Shown here in pieces: positions 26,097-34,787 of a stretch of DNA of 34,978 nucleotides. Below the pieces are notes generated by a model. That model searched no databases, was not told the origin of the DNA, and saw nothing but the letters and a program-made list of their open reading frames with translations. Position 1 is the stretch's first letter. The number at the start of each line of letters is the position of its first letter. Source of the DNA: a virus. Its lineage: Duplodnaviria > Caudoviricetes. The position numbers were made by a program, and so were the translations under genes. The stretch is taken from positions 1 through 34,978 of IMG/VR virus record IMGVR_UViG_3300027813_000038, one strand, 5' to 3'.

Positions 26097-28406
26097 TTAC
26101 CCGTTGTCAAATGTTAATGCTGTATCGTCAAATGTTACTGAATCACTGTCAAATGTTGCAATTCCTAAACCTCCGCCTTGTCTAATATAAATCCTTTCTT
26201 CTTTTAATGTTACAGCTTGTATTAAATCTATAATTATATTCCTTACTCTTCCGCTTGAATTTCCATCTAAATCAAATAGCACATTATTAAGAGAATTTGT
26301 AACCGATACCCAACCCACACCATCCCCAGCATCTACTTTATTATAACTAAAATTACCTAGATTTGTTACATAGGTACTTAATTGTTGTGCTGGATAATCT
26401 GTAATAAAATTAGTAGGAGAAGCATCAAAGGCGTTAATTACATCGTCAAAAGAATTAGTTAATTTAAAGTCCATCTCACCCGTAACTAAGTTTGATTTAA
26501 AATTACTGATACGGTAAAACCTTTCTTTTATTTGTAGTAAATCGTTTAACTTTAATTTTAATAAAACCCGTAAAGGTATCTGTTTAGTCTTATAATTAAA
26601 CTCCCTTTTTTTGATGTTAAAAATAGATAAGATATATTTTTCGTGATAGTTTTTGTATAGTGTTTTATTAATTTGCGACCCGTCCCATGTGCTAAATTCA
26701 GAATTAAAGACTGTGCTAAAATTCATTGAATCAAAATCTATAGTGCTTGATGGAGTATTTATATAATCTGATAACTCTACCTTAGTTCCAGAGTCATCTA
26801 TAAATGCTAAATGTTTAGTGCCTATCGCTTCCACTACATTGTAATGAATTATACCTTTAGGGTTGACTGGTTTAAGTTCTGCATCTATTATAGCGCCATA
26901 TTGTATATTTGTCTGTACAGAACCGTTTACATCTGTTAGTCTCTCATAAAGTACTTGCTCAAAAGGTAAAGTAAACTCTAAAGTATCACCGTCTAAAATT
27001 AGACCGTTTTCATCTTTTAATTTTATTTCAGCATCACCATAAGCGACCCCTGTATTCTCTTCAAAAGTTTTATTTAATATCGTTGTAGGTTCTTGAAATA
27101 AAAAATTTATCTCATTTAAAACCGTTCCCCTCGACACATCGAAATTGTCAAAATCAACATAATTAGTAATATCGTAAACACCTCCCTCTGCATAGTATGA
27201 ATTTAAATTATTAACATATAAAGTACCGTCATCTTGCGGAATCACAACTAATTTAAACATCTTAAATAAACCTTTTAAGAAGTCTAAAATTTTAATCTTA
27301 GGCATATTATTAGAAGTTAAAAACTCCCCACCTACTGCATCCTGTGTTGCTGTAGCGTGTGTTGTTGTAACAACTCCTATTTCTGATAAATCTACTGTAT
27401 ACCTAAACTCTTCTTCAGATGTTACGGTGTAGTATACATAAGAGTTAGGTGGCATATTTGTAAAAAAAGAGGTTGAAAATCCTGTAAAATCACGGCTAAA
27501 GAATACTGAATCATTAACATAAGTCTTTATGGTATATTTTACTGATTCATATCCAACAAGAGGAGTTACAGCACAAGACAATGAAATAAAAGCAAGGTAA
27601 TATCCTGTATCTGTTGCTAGATTCATATAAGGAGAATTTCCCCCATCAAAGCGAATCTTTTTAGTGCCCCCTCCCACACTATCATCTTTTGTTTTATTTA
27701 ACCACAAAAATAAGTCTGTAAATTCAGTCCTTCCGAAAAAATCTCTACTAAAAGTTAAAGAGTAATCAGATTCTATTGCTTCAATTATTCTAATTATTTT
27801 TAAAGAAGGTTTTAAATCTCCATACGCTACTCCATTTGAACCGCTACCATTCCCCCATGCTATGTTAGCCATGGTGTCCGTCATGGTTTGGTTTGTAATT
27901 AAAGAGTTATAAAAATATTGCTTCTTTGCTAATAGGCTGTATATTAAATCACCACCCGCTAAAGAGGTTGTTAATCCCTTTGAAACATTAAAGCTATTCT
28001 TTGTGTGGTTATAGGCTGACAAATCTAAATCGCCCAATTCATCTTTACCTAATATATCTTTTAAATCTAATAAATTACCCCAGAAATTGATAGTGTAAGA
28101 ACTTGGTGCGCCATGCTTAACAGATACCTTGGTAAGCCGAAACTTTCCATTTCTAAAAAGCATCCCATCAAGGTTAATTTTACCATCTACCTTTATACGT
28201 GCATCGAATGAATTATCTACATCCGCATTGTACCAATGTTTAAAGAGTTTGTTATTTTCTTTACTTGCTGGTACTGTAAAAGTTTTAGAGTAATCTGTAG
28301 TGTTCTTTGTAATATCTTCAATATCATTTACTGAACTATTTATCTCAAGATTTTCATCCTCAAATAAGTCTACTTGATTCGTACCTATGTAGATGTCAAC
28401 TCTCAT
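26097..28406 (-). CDS. Tail tip / baseplate hub protein (769 aa)
   Basis: VDLFEDE..YSKTFTVPASKENNKLF N-terminus typical of flavobacterial tail proteins; position. Confidence 0.65.
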   Translation of the reverse strand: MRVDIYIGTNQVDLFEDENLEINSSVNDIEDITKNTTDYSKTFTVPASKENNKLFKHWYNADVDNSFDARIKVDGKINLDGMLFRNGKFRLTKVSVKHGAPSSYTINFWGNLLDLKDILGKDELGDLDLSAYNHTKNSFNVSKGLTTSLAGGDLIYSLLAKKQYFYNSLITNQTMTDTMANIAWGNGSGSNGVAYGDLKPSLKIIRIIEAIESDYSLTFSRDFFGRTEFTDLFLWLNKTKDDSVGGGTKKIRFDGGNSPYMNLATDTGYYLAFISLSCAVTPLVGYESVKYTIKTYVNDSVFFSRDFTGFSTSFFTNMPPNSYVYYTVTSEEEFRYTVDLSEIGVVTTTHATATQDAVGGEFLTSNNMPKIKILDFLKGLFKMFKLVVIPQDDGTLYVNNLNSYYAEGGVYDITNYVDFDNFDVSRGTVLNEINFLFQEPTTILNKTFEENTGVAYGDAEIKLKDENGLILDGDTLEFTLPFEQVLYERLTDVNGSVQTNIQYGAIIDAELKPVNPKGIIHYNVVEAIGTKHLAFIDDSGTKVELSDYINTPSSTIDFDSMNFSTVFNSEFSTWDGSQINKTLYKNYHEKYILSIFNIKKREFNYKTKQIPLRVLLKLKLNDLLQIKERFYRISNFKSNLVTGEMDFKLTNSFDDVINAFDASPTNFITDYPAQQLSTYVTNLGNFSYNKVDAGDGVGWVSVTNSLNNVLFDLDGNSSGRVRNIIIDLIQAVTLKEERIYIRQGGGLGIATFDSDSVTFDDTALTFDNG
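26337..26369 (-). promoter_or_regulatory. Late promoter motif copy 3, intragenic, upstream of the fibre gene
   Basis: GTAACAAA-TCTAGGTAAT-TTTAGTTATA with identical spacing. Confidence 0.6.
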
Positions 28407-28412
28407 AAACTA

Positions 28413-29486
28413 TTAAACGTTATTTATTTTATTGTAACCGTGATTGAACCCTATTTGATAGTTAATTAATCTGTCGTTTTGTCTCGTCTTAAACTCTTGG
28501 CTATTAGTGTTTACGTTTAAGGCTATAAAGCCAGTACCATCATATTGCCAAACTCTCTCGCTTAATAATAACTGTTGTATTGTTTCGTTTACGCTCTCGC
28601 TTACAAATCCAGTGTTTACTGTAAACTTGCTTTTAGCTTGTACGTTGTATTTTATAAACTGGTGCTTTCCTTCGCTTGGTTGCCCTCTGTCACTTTCAAA
28701 AGTCTCACTTGTTACATCAATTGTGTCTTTTTTTACTTTAAAAAACGTAAACAATTGTAAAGCCCCTTCTTTATTTTGAAAGGCTATATCTATAGGAGTA
28801 TATCGACATTCTGCTGTGATGTATAAAGTGATTGTAACGCTGTTATAAACTACTTGGATATAAGTATCGGTTGTTGTTTCAGAGCAATCTACCCATAAGT
28901 ACTGGACTAACTCTGCACTATCATTTGTATTTGGTAATGTTAAAGTAGAATTAATTTCGTTGTCTGGGTAACTTATAACGGTTGCTGTTTGTGAACCAGT
29001 GTCTTCTGTTAATAATACAGGCACGTTAAAAAATCCCGACCTGTTTACATTGAACTCTGTACCACTCATAAACACTTTATTAGTTGGTGGTTGTGCGTTC
29101 TCTCCCTCTAAGCCGTAATTGTACCCGATAAACATTAAAGCCGTTGTAATGCGTTGTTTTACATCGTCATCTGTTGGGTCTGTAGTTGTGTAAATAACGT
29201 CGTGTTGCACCCACATTTGATTGTTACCATCTAAGGCTGTTGTACTTGCTGAATCTGTAGCTGTGAAAGTTATTAAATCATTTATTAATCTTGATATGTT
29301 TAACTTACTATCACCTATCGAGGTGTTTGTATTTAATACAGTCTCTTCATAAGTTGCTGCTGCTGGAACACTTGCTTTATCTCCACTCCAAACGTATATC
29401 TGTAGTTTGTAAGAAGTACACGTTACAGAAGTTAATGGGCTTACAAAGGGCGTTGTTACGTAGTGTGGGCTTAATGCTTTAATCAT
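28413..29486 (-). CDS. Tail protein (distal tail-like)
   Basis: FQNKEGA, VNTGFV, QLLLSERVW motifs; position in the tail module. Confidence 0.6.
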   Translation of the reverse strand: MIKALSPHYVTTPFVSPLTSVTCTSYKLQIYVWSGDKASVPAAATYEETVLNTNTSIGDSKLNISRLINDLITFTATDSASTTALDGNNQMWVQHDVIYTTTDPTDDDVKQRITTALMFIGYNYGLEGENAQPPTNKVFMSGTEFNVNRSGFFNVPVLLTEDTGSQTATVISYPDNEINSTLTLPNTNDSAELVQYLWVDCSETTTDTYIQVVYNSVTITLYITAECRYTPIDIAFQNKEGALQLFTFFKVKKDTIDVTSETFESDRGQPSEGKHQFIKYNVQAKSKFTVNTGFVSESVNETIQQLLLSERVWQYDGTGFIALNVNTNSQEFKTRQNDRLINYQIGFNHGYNKINNV

Positions 29487-30010
29487 ATCAATGTTGATTT
29501 TAATAGTTTATCTACCTCTAACCCGTAAGCCTCGGCTAATTCATCTGGTAATTGTTTAAAGGCAACTTCAAAGGGTCGTGTAAAAAAGTTAGTTGTTTCT
29601 AATCCTGTATGATAAACACTATTTGCAATCGCAAATTGCAACCCCTTTCTTGTTGTAAATTGTCCTCCTTTGCCTCTTGGTGCTATTCCTTTTCTAACAG
29701 TCCAGTTATTAAATGCGCTTGCTGGTGGCTTCTTATTTGTGTATTTAAACTTACTACCTACTACTTTCTTTTTCTTCCAATTAGAACCGTCTGCCTTTGT
29801 TCCTCCAACACCTTTAACTCCTTTATCTACAAATGTTCCGTAATCTTCCATACTAAAAGATAATTCAAAACTATTCTTGCTAACTTTTAAATCGTAATCA
29901 ATAGAATTATACAACGCTTTACTTGCGTTCTTTTTCTTCTTTGTTAGTTGTGTGCGTGATTGCTTTACAACTGATTTACCAAATTTATCTAAAGAATTTT
30001 TTACGTCCAT
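29483..30010 (-). CDS. Putative tail completion/neck protein
   Basis: Basic; ASKALYNSI, YGTFVDKGV, PP, FAIANSVY..G motifs. Confidence 0.6.
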   Translation of the reverse strand: MDVKNSLDKFGKSVVKQSRTQLTKKKKNASKALYNSIDYDLKVSKNSFELSFSMEDYGTFVDKGVKGVGGTKADGSNWKKKKVVGSKFKYTNKKPPASAFNNWTVRKGIAPRGKGGQFTTRKGLQFAIANSVYHTGLETTNFFTRPFEVAFKQLPDELAEAYGLEVDKLLKSTLI

Positions 30011-30013
30011 CTT

Positions 30014-30469
30014 TTACAAACATAAATTTATATTAACATTCGGCATTGTTACCGTAGTTGTGAGACTCCACCCATCTAAATTATTCTTTCCGAAATCTTC
30101 TAATTTTCCTACGCTTGGCTCATCTATTGTTATCTCTGTATCTCCAAAATCTTTTCTCATTTTACCTACTACTCTATTGAGTACTGCTAAAGTTTCGTTA
30201 AAGTTGTCTACTTTATTATCTTGCAGCCAAAACTTATCTACATCAATCTTTTTGTTTGTATCTCTTTGTTGTAAGCAAGTCATCTCTAATTGAAATGTAA
30301 CTGTGTTTCTAGGAAAAGTAACATCAAACAATTCAATGTTAAACAATGGGTAAATGTTACCTTTGTCTAAATCCATATCTTCATCTATCCCTTGTGTTGT
30401 TGTGTTTACAAAAGGGTCTGCATCCGATAGACTTCTAACGTATCTTAATAGTTCTGTATAGTGGTTCAT
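30014..30469 (-). CDS. Putative tail terminator protein
   Basis: Acidic 151 aa; DPFVNTTTQG, YPL, NNLDGW; position. Confidence 0.55.
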   Translation of the reverse strand: MNHYTELLRYVRSLSDADPFVNTTTQGIDEDMDLDKGNIYPLFNIELFDVTFPRNTVTFQLEMTCLQQRDTNKKIDVDKFWLQDNKVDNFNETLAVLNRVVGKMRKDFGDTEITIDEPSVGKLEDFGKNNLDGWSLTTTVTMPNVNINLCL

Positions 30470-30718
30470 TTCTTGTTTCTTAATTGTGCTTTCAACTTCT
30501 GCTTATCTATTTTATGAGCAAGAAACACGTGCATTTCGTGTACATTCCACTCTTCTATAAATTTATACTTCCAAGGCTTACCCTTTGCTAAAGTGTTGAG
30601 GGTGTCATACCATCCCCATTTGCCGAAGAAGTCACTCGCTTGCGTTCCTTCACTTGTTCCTCCGCTGTACACTTCTGGATATGCCTTTGTAATTCTTTCG
30701 ATAAACTCAAAAAAAAAA
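30466..30718 (-). CDS. Tail assembly chaperone, -1 frameshift extension (GT-like)
   Basis: The -1 frame is open from the T10 slippery run: FFEFIERITKAYPEVYSGG...KWGWYDTL. Confidence 0.7.
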
Positions 30719-31238
30719 CAATCGCACCCTTTACGATGTGCATAGGTGTGCGCTTCATTAACTCCCCGTACTTTTCTGTGCCGTTGTATTCTTTTATATT
30801 GTAATTCTTTAACTTATCCTTTTTTTTAACAGGTCTAAATAATATAGCCATTAAACTGTGTAATGTTTCTACTGGCATACCTTTACCTGTCTCTAACTCT
30901 TTACTATACGCTTGTATATCAAAGTATTCTTTGCTGGCTATCTTATCGAAATTAGGAATGAAACCGAACTCAATACCATCTAAAAAGAACCTATCGACAA
31001 ACTTACATTCTTGTTCTAATGCTTTATCTATATCACTTAGTAAACTAGCAAAGTCTTTGTATGAGACTTGACCCATTCTATTATATGGAATACCAGAGAA
31101 TAAAGAAATCTTTTGCTTATTGTACTCCTCCGCATCAATACTCTCATCTATAAGTTTATCATTTAACGCTTCGTAATCTTGGTACTGGCTCAAACTTATA
31201 TCGCTTATATCTTCTGGAATGATTGCTTTTAACTTCAT
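30588..31238 (-). CDS. Tail assembly chaperone (G-like)
   Basis: DISLSQYQ, FGFIPNF, MAILFRP, GAIVFF; slippery site near the 3' end. Confidence 0.65.
   Translation of the reverse strand: MKLKAIIPEDISDISLSQYQDYEALNDKLIDESIDAEEYNKQKISLFSGIPYNRMGQVSYKDFASLLSDIDKALEQECKFVDRFFLDGIEFGFIPNFDKIASKEYFDIQAYSKELETGKGMPVETLHSLMAILFRPVKKKDKLKNYNIKEYNGTEKYGELMKRTPMHIVKGAIVFFLSLSKELQRHIQKCTAEEQVKERKRVTSSANGDGMTPSTL
30709..30718 (-). other. Programmed -1 frameshift slippery site (GTT TTT TTT TTG)
   Basis: Ten T residues joining the two overlapping ORFs in the -1 frame. Confidence 0.7.
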
Positions 31239-31240
31239 AT

Positions 31241-31273
31241 ACTATTATAACTAAATTTTCAATTATTTGTTAC
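31241..31273 (-). promoter_or_regulatory. Late promoter motif copy 4
   Basis: GTAACAAA-TAATTGAAAA-TTTAGTTATAATAGT, 2 nt before the ATG at 31238. Confidence 0.75.
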
Positions 31274-32655
31274 TACCCTATTTCTATCCTGTTATTATTC
31301 ATAAGATTTGATTCAATACCGTAGCAAGTTAAATCTATATGCTCATCATGCTTGGCGTTTGGAAAAGTTCCTACTTGGTCTAAAAAGTGCTGATTCCAAC
31401 TTCCCTTGATTATCTTAACCCTTCCCCCTTCAATATAATTAGAGGTTGCTCTTACATTCTCAATCTTAGAATTGTTTACAAAGTCACTTTTTATTTCAGT
31501 TACATTGTAATTAGTACTTGATTTAATCATTTGCTTTAAAGACTTACCACTTGCTTTAGGCTCTATTCTTATCAATCCTATTTTAACAGGCAAGGCTTCT
31601 ATGTATTTTGGAATGTCTTTTAAGAGTTCTGGCAGTTCTAAGTACTTATCTACTGAACTTAGTATTATGTAATCGTTCTTGTGTTTCGCTCCCACTTGAT
31701 AGCCTGTAGGGTCGTTTGCTGTATTCTTTGTGTATGCCCCATCTATAATCAACTCCCATTTAAGATTGGCTAAAGGCACATCGCTTATATTTATTATTTC
31801 AAACCAGTCCTTTTTCCATTCTCCCCCTTCATCTGGCGCAGGTTTCTGTTGATATTGTCCTGAAAATGTGTATTGATTTGCTTGCCGTATGCTTTCAAGT
31901 TCTTCAAATGTGTGCTTTTGTTCCCATAAAGGTTTATTACCCCTACTTAATGCTGGTAAACAAATATGTTCCCATTCTTCACCAGAGCCACCATCTAACA
32001 AATACCCGCTTAAATCGTCCTCATGTAGCCTCTGCATGATTAAGATAATAGGAGTGTCTCGACTGTTTACCCTTGAGCGAATTGTGTTGTTGTATCGTTC
32101 GTTTACTGATGTTCTTTTCACATCGCTAAAAGCATCGTCTGGCTTCAATGGGTCATCTATTATAATCGCACCACCAAACCCTCCTAAAGTTGTAGAGCCT
32201 GCTCCAAATCCTGTGATTGCTCCACCCGAAGATGTAGCATAAACCCCCCCACCGTCATCGTTAAACCATTTACTTTTGCTTTGCGCATCCTTCTTTAGAT
32301 TCATGCTCCAAAGTTTTTGGTATGGCTCTGAATTAATATACTCTTTTGTCTGGCTAGAATTATCTAAGGCTAAGGAATCGGAATAAGATAAATGAAGGAA
32401 TTTAGACGAAGGTTCCCGTGCTAGACACCAACCAATAAACATCTTAATCGCTAGTTCGGTCTTTCCGTATCTTGGGGGCATATTTATTATGAGTCTTTTA
32501 ATCTCACCTTTATAAACACGCTCTAATGTATTTGCTATTATTTCTAAATGATTGGCAGGTACAAAATTTCTGTTATGATTCTCTTTGTACATGTACATAG
32601 CAAACAAAAGTAAACTGCTTTCGAGTGCTTCCCTTAACACATCTTTTTCAGTCAT
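31273..32655 (-). CDS. terL: Terminase large subunit
   Basis: INMPPRYGKT Walker A, IIIDDP Walker B, MQRLHEDD, QYQQKP, FPNAKHDEHID. Confidence 0.95.
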   Translation of the reverse strand: MTEKDVLREALESSLLLFAMYMYKENHNRNFVPANHLEIIANTLERVYKGEIKRLIINMPPRYGKTELAIKMFIGWCLAREPSSKFLHLSYSDSLALDNSSQTKEYINSEPYQKLWSMNLKKDAQSKSKWFNDDGGGVYATSSGGAITGFGAGSTTLGGFGGAIIIDDPLKPDDAFSDVKRTSVNERYNNTIRSRVNSRDTPIILIMQRLHEDDLSGYLLDGGSGEEWEHICLPALSRGNKPLWEQKHTFEELESIRQANQYTFSGQYQQKPAPDEGGEWKKDWFEIINISDVPLANLKWELIIDGAYTKNTANDPTGYQVGAKHKNDYIILSSVDKYLELPELLKDIPKYIEALPVKIGLIRIEPKASGKSLKQMIKSSTNYNVTEIKSDFVNNSKIENVRATSNYIEGGRVKIIKGSWNQHFLDQVGTFPNAKHDEHIDLTCYGIESNLMNNNRIEIG

Positions 32656-32964
32656 CTAATACTTTTTAAAAAACTCTTCTCTAATTCTTTTTATATCTTC
32701 TTGAGTCACCTCTTTGTCTAAGGTCATCGTAGTTTGTTCTATCTTTTCTTTCGGTTTTCCAAAGATATGTTCGGCTATAAATATTTGACCCCTTTGGCTT
32801 TCTGCTAATTCTTTTACAAACTCAATCTTAGCATCCTCATCTATTTTTTTATTGTAAATGCTTTTTAGTGCTTTTATAAATATTTCGTTTACTGATTCCT
32901 CGTCTACCTTAGACTTACGCCCCGAGCCTTCTCTCTTCCCTCCTCTATTTTCTTTATTCTCCAT
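32656..32964 (-). CDS. terS: Putative terminase small subunit
   Basis: RGGKREGSGRK N-terminus, FGKPKEKIE; abuts terL. Confidence 0.65.
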   Translation of the reverse strand: MENKENRGGKREGSGRKSKVDEESVNEIFIKALKSIYNKKIDEDAKIEFVKELAESQRGQIFIAEHIFGKPKEKIEQTTMTLDKEVTQEDIKRIREEFFKKY

Positions 32965-33040
32965 TTTGATAAAAGTATTGATTAATCAAAGTTATTGACT
33001 TTCAGGCTTTTAGTCTACTTGCTCCACCATGTGAAGACTC

Positions 33041-33160
33041 TTAATTTAATATTTCCCGATAAAAACAGAACTCATAATAAACTATATTATGCTCTGTAAA
33101 AAGCATTTCTAATTGTCCTAACTCGCTATCTAATAGTATCTCTAAGTTCTCTTCAATCAT
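33041..33160 (-). CDS. Small hypothetical protein (39 aa, MIEENLEILL...REILN)
   Basis: Translated by hand; ATGA overlap with the upstream ORF. Confidence 0.5.
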   Translation of the reverse strand: MIEENLEILLDSELGQLEMLFTEHNIVYYEFCFYREILN

Positions 33161-33636
33161 ATGTAACTATCGTAAACTACGTTAAGATTGTCTATCATAT
33201 AAATTAGTGGTTTAGGTGAGCAGTTTCTACATGGCTCAAAGTACTGGCGATTCATTACAGATGCGTATAATGCACAAACATACTTTATATCACTATTAGC
33301 AATCTCAAGGGTTAAATCCTTTCTAAACTCTCCCCATTGTTTATACTCTTCTTCGTTAAGACATCTCGGTTTTAGTTTATACTTTAAAGTCTGGTTTAAA
33401 AATACCTTTCTTTTCTTACAACCGCAGTCTTCACCATCTTTAAACATAACATTCTTTACTGCTTCGGTAATTGGTTTCAATATAGGAGATTCTAATACCT
33501 TTTCAATAGTATCTCCTAGCCCTTCGCTTTCATATTCCTTACTCTCTATCTTTTCTATAAACCCAACTTTAGAAGTAGATTTAATATATGGGTACATCTC
33601 TCTTAACTCTTTTAGTGATTTGTTTTCTAGTTCCAT
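33157..33636 (-). CDS. Cys-rich hypothetical protein (possible Zn-binding)
   Basis: GLGDTIEK, DCGCKKRK, CRNC motifs. Confidence 0.7.
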   Translation of the reverse strand: MELENKSLKELREMYPYIKSTSKVGFIEKIESKEYESEGLGDTIEKVLESPILKPITEAVKNVMFKDGEDCGCKKRKVFLNQTLKYKLKPRCLNEEEYKQWGEFRKDLTLEIANSDIKYVCALYASVMNRQYFEPCRNCSPKPLIYMIDNLNVVYDSYI

Positions 33637-33638
33637 AT

Positions 33639-33842
33639 TTATTGTCTTCTTTTAAATATTACTTTATCTTTACCTACAATGCACTCAGCTAGAAGAACTA
33701 GTAAAACAACCAAACCACCAAATCCAGAAATAAACATAAGTATTAAGTCATTAACTGTAAAATTATCATCTTTCGTTACCCAGTAATAGTAGCCGTATGC
33801 TCCCATTAAATACCATACTAAAATCATTATTGATATTCCCAT
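33639..33842 (-). CDS. Small membrane protein (2 predicted TM)
   Basis: Two hydrophobic stretches; basic C-terminus. Confidence 0.65.
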   Translation of the reverse strand: MGISIMILVWYLMGAYGYYYWVTKDDNFTVNDLILMFISGFGGLVVLLVLLAECIVGKDKVIFKRRQ

Positions 33843-33853
33843 TTTATTTATTT

Positions 33854-34381
33854 TTAGTTATTGTTTCTGTATTCTTTAGTCCGTTTATCTTGCTTTCCTT
33901 TCGCTGTGTTTGAATGTGATTCCATCCTAATGCGTTTGTAGTCATCTCCTAGTATTATTTTTCGCACTCTATTAGATTCATCGTACACAAACTTATAGTT
34001 TATATTAAACTGTGTCTCTATCTCTCTTAGGCTCTTATCGTAACTATGTATCAATAATTCCCTTTGCCACCATTTTAAATCAGTTTCAGTTTTTAAAAGA
34101 ACATTTATCTCTTCATCTGTAAAAGTACTGTCTGTTGTTTCTTCTGATATGTCGTAAAAATTCTCGATACTTATATGTTTAGGTTCTTTGCAATATAAAA
34201 TATATGTGTTATAAATACACGCTATTACGTAAGAGTCGGTTAGTTTCTCCTCTTTAATGTCATAGTCGTATAACCTCATGTAAGTTCTGTTTACTATTTC
34301 ATCCGATAAGTCCTTACACTTGCAGATATTAAAGGCTATATGCCTCCATTGTTTGTCCTTTTTTGATAGTTTCTCTAACAT
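33854..34381 (-). CDS. Phage ECF-like RNA polymerase sigma factor
   Basis: Region 2-like WRHIAFNIC..LSDEIVNRTYMRL; region 4-like HTH KSLREIETQFNINYKFV. Confidence 0.7.
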   Translation of the reverse strand: MLEKLSKKDKQWRHIAFNICKCKDLSDEIVNRTYMRLYDYDIKEEKLTDSYVIACIYNTYILYCKEPKHISIENFYDISEETTDSTFTDEEINVLLKTETDLKWWQRELLIHSYDKSLREIETQFNINYKFVYDESNRVRKIILGDDYKRIRMESHSNTAKGKQDKRTKEYRNNN

Positions 34382-34388
34382 TATTCTA

Positions 34389-34396
34389 CAAATATA
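34389..34396 (-). promoter_or_regulatory. Host-type -7 element (TATATTTG) for the sigma factor gene
   Basis: TAnnTTTG 7 nt before the ATG. Confidence 0.65.
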
Positions 34397-34440
34397 TAGA
34401 AATTTTTTATAAAAAAGCTTGTTTGTATAGATATTTTTTA

Positions 34441-34535
34441 TATATTTGGCTCGTCAGAATGAACTGAACATAAAATAATAGGAGAAAATTATGTGTAATT
34501 TTGGTTAAAAGTCATCTTAGCGGGTGGCTTTTTTT
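34441..34535 (+). ncRNA. Candidate small RNA A (promoter TATATTTG to terminator)
   Basis: TTG-N19-TATATTTG promoter; hairpin AAAGTCATC-TTAGCG-GGTGGCTTT plus U-run; no substantial ORF. Confidence 0.5.
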
Positions 34536-34578
34536 ATACTTATTTTTTAATATTGTATTTAAAACCGATTTTACTTTT

Positions 34579-34661
34579 AAAAACCGCCTCCAGTCCCCAC
34601 AACCAAAGACGGCAAATCTATTAATCTTAGCTAAGATACAACTTTATATTTAACCCACAAA
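34579..34661 (-). ncRNA. Candidate small RNA C (TTTG-N19-TATCTTAG promoter to hairpin)
   Basis: Promoter 34661..34631; G-U-rich hairpin 34612..34584 followed by U5. Confidence 0.35.
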
Positions 34662-34697
34662 AAAAGTGAGCAGGAAACCTTACAAACCTGCTCACTT
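34659..34697 (-). terminator. Strong intrinsic terminator (end of early operon and/or small RNA B)
   Basis: AAGTGAGCAGG/CCTGCTCACTT 11-bp stem followed by a U-run. Confidence 0.8.
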
Positions 34698-34747
34698 AAA
34701 CTAAAATTAACTATAAATCCAAAATAGGGAATGAATAAACCCGAAGA

Positions 34748-34755
34748 CAAATATA
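34748..34755 (-). promoter_or_regulatory. Host-type -7 element (TATATTTG), candidate small RNA B promoter
   Basis: TAnnTTTG ~50 nt upstream of the terminator hairpin; no clear -33 element. Confidence 0.4.
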
Positions 34756-34787
34756 CTCTTTTTTTTTAACTATCCTTTATAAATTGA

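Noticed and set aside
115-32242. Numerous plus-strand ORFs in the track (e.g. 115..465, 9623..9910, 18899..19315, 22048..22386, 31889..32242)
   Set aside because: Antisense shadows of well-supported minus-strand genes; Ser/Phe/Leu-rich and often non-ATG starts
34491-34508. Mini-ORF MCNFG after AGGAG in candidate sRNA A
   Set aside because: Only five codons, and Bacteroidota generally do not use SD sequences; no support for translation
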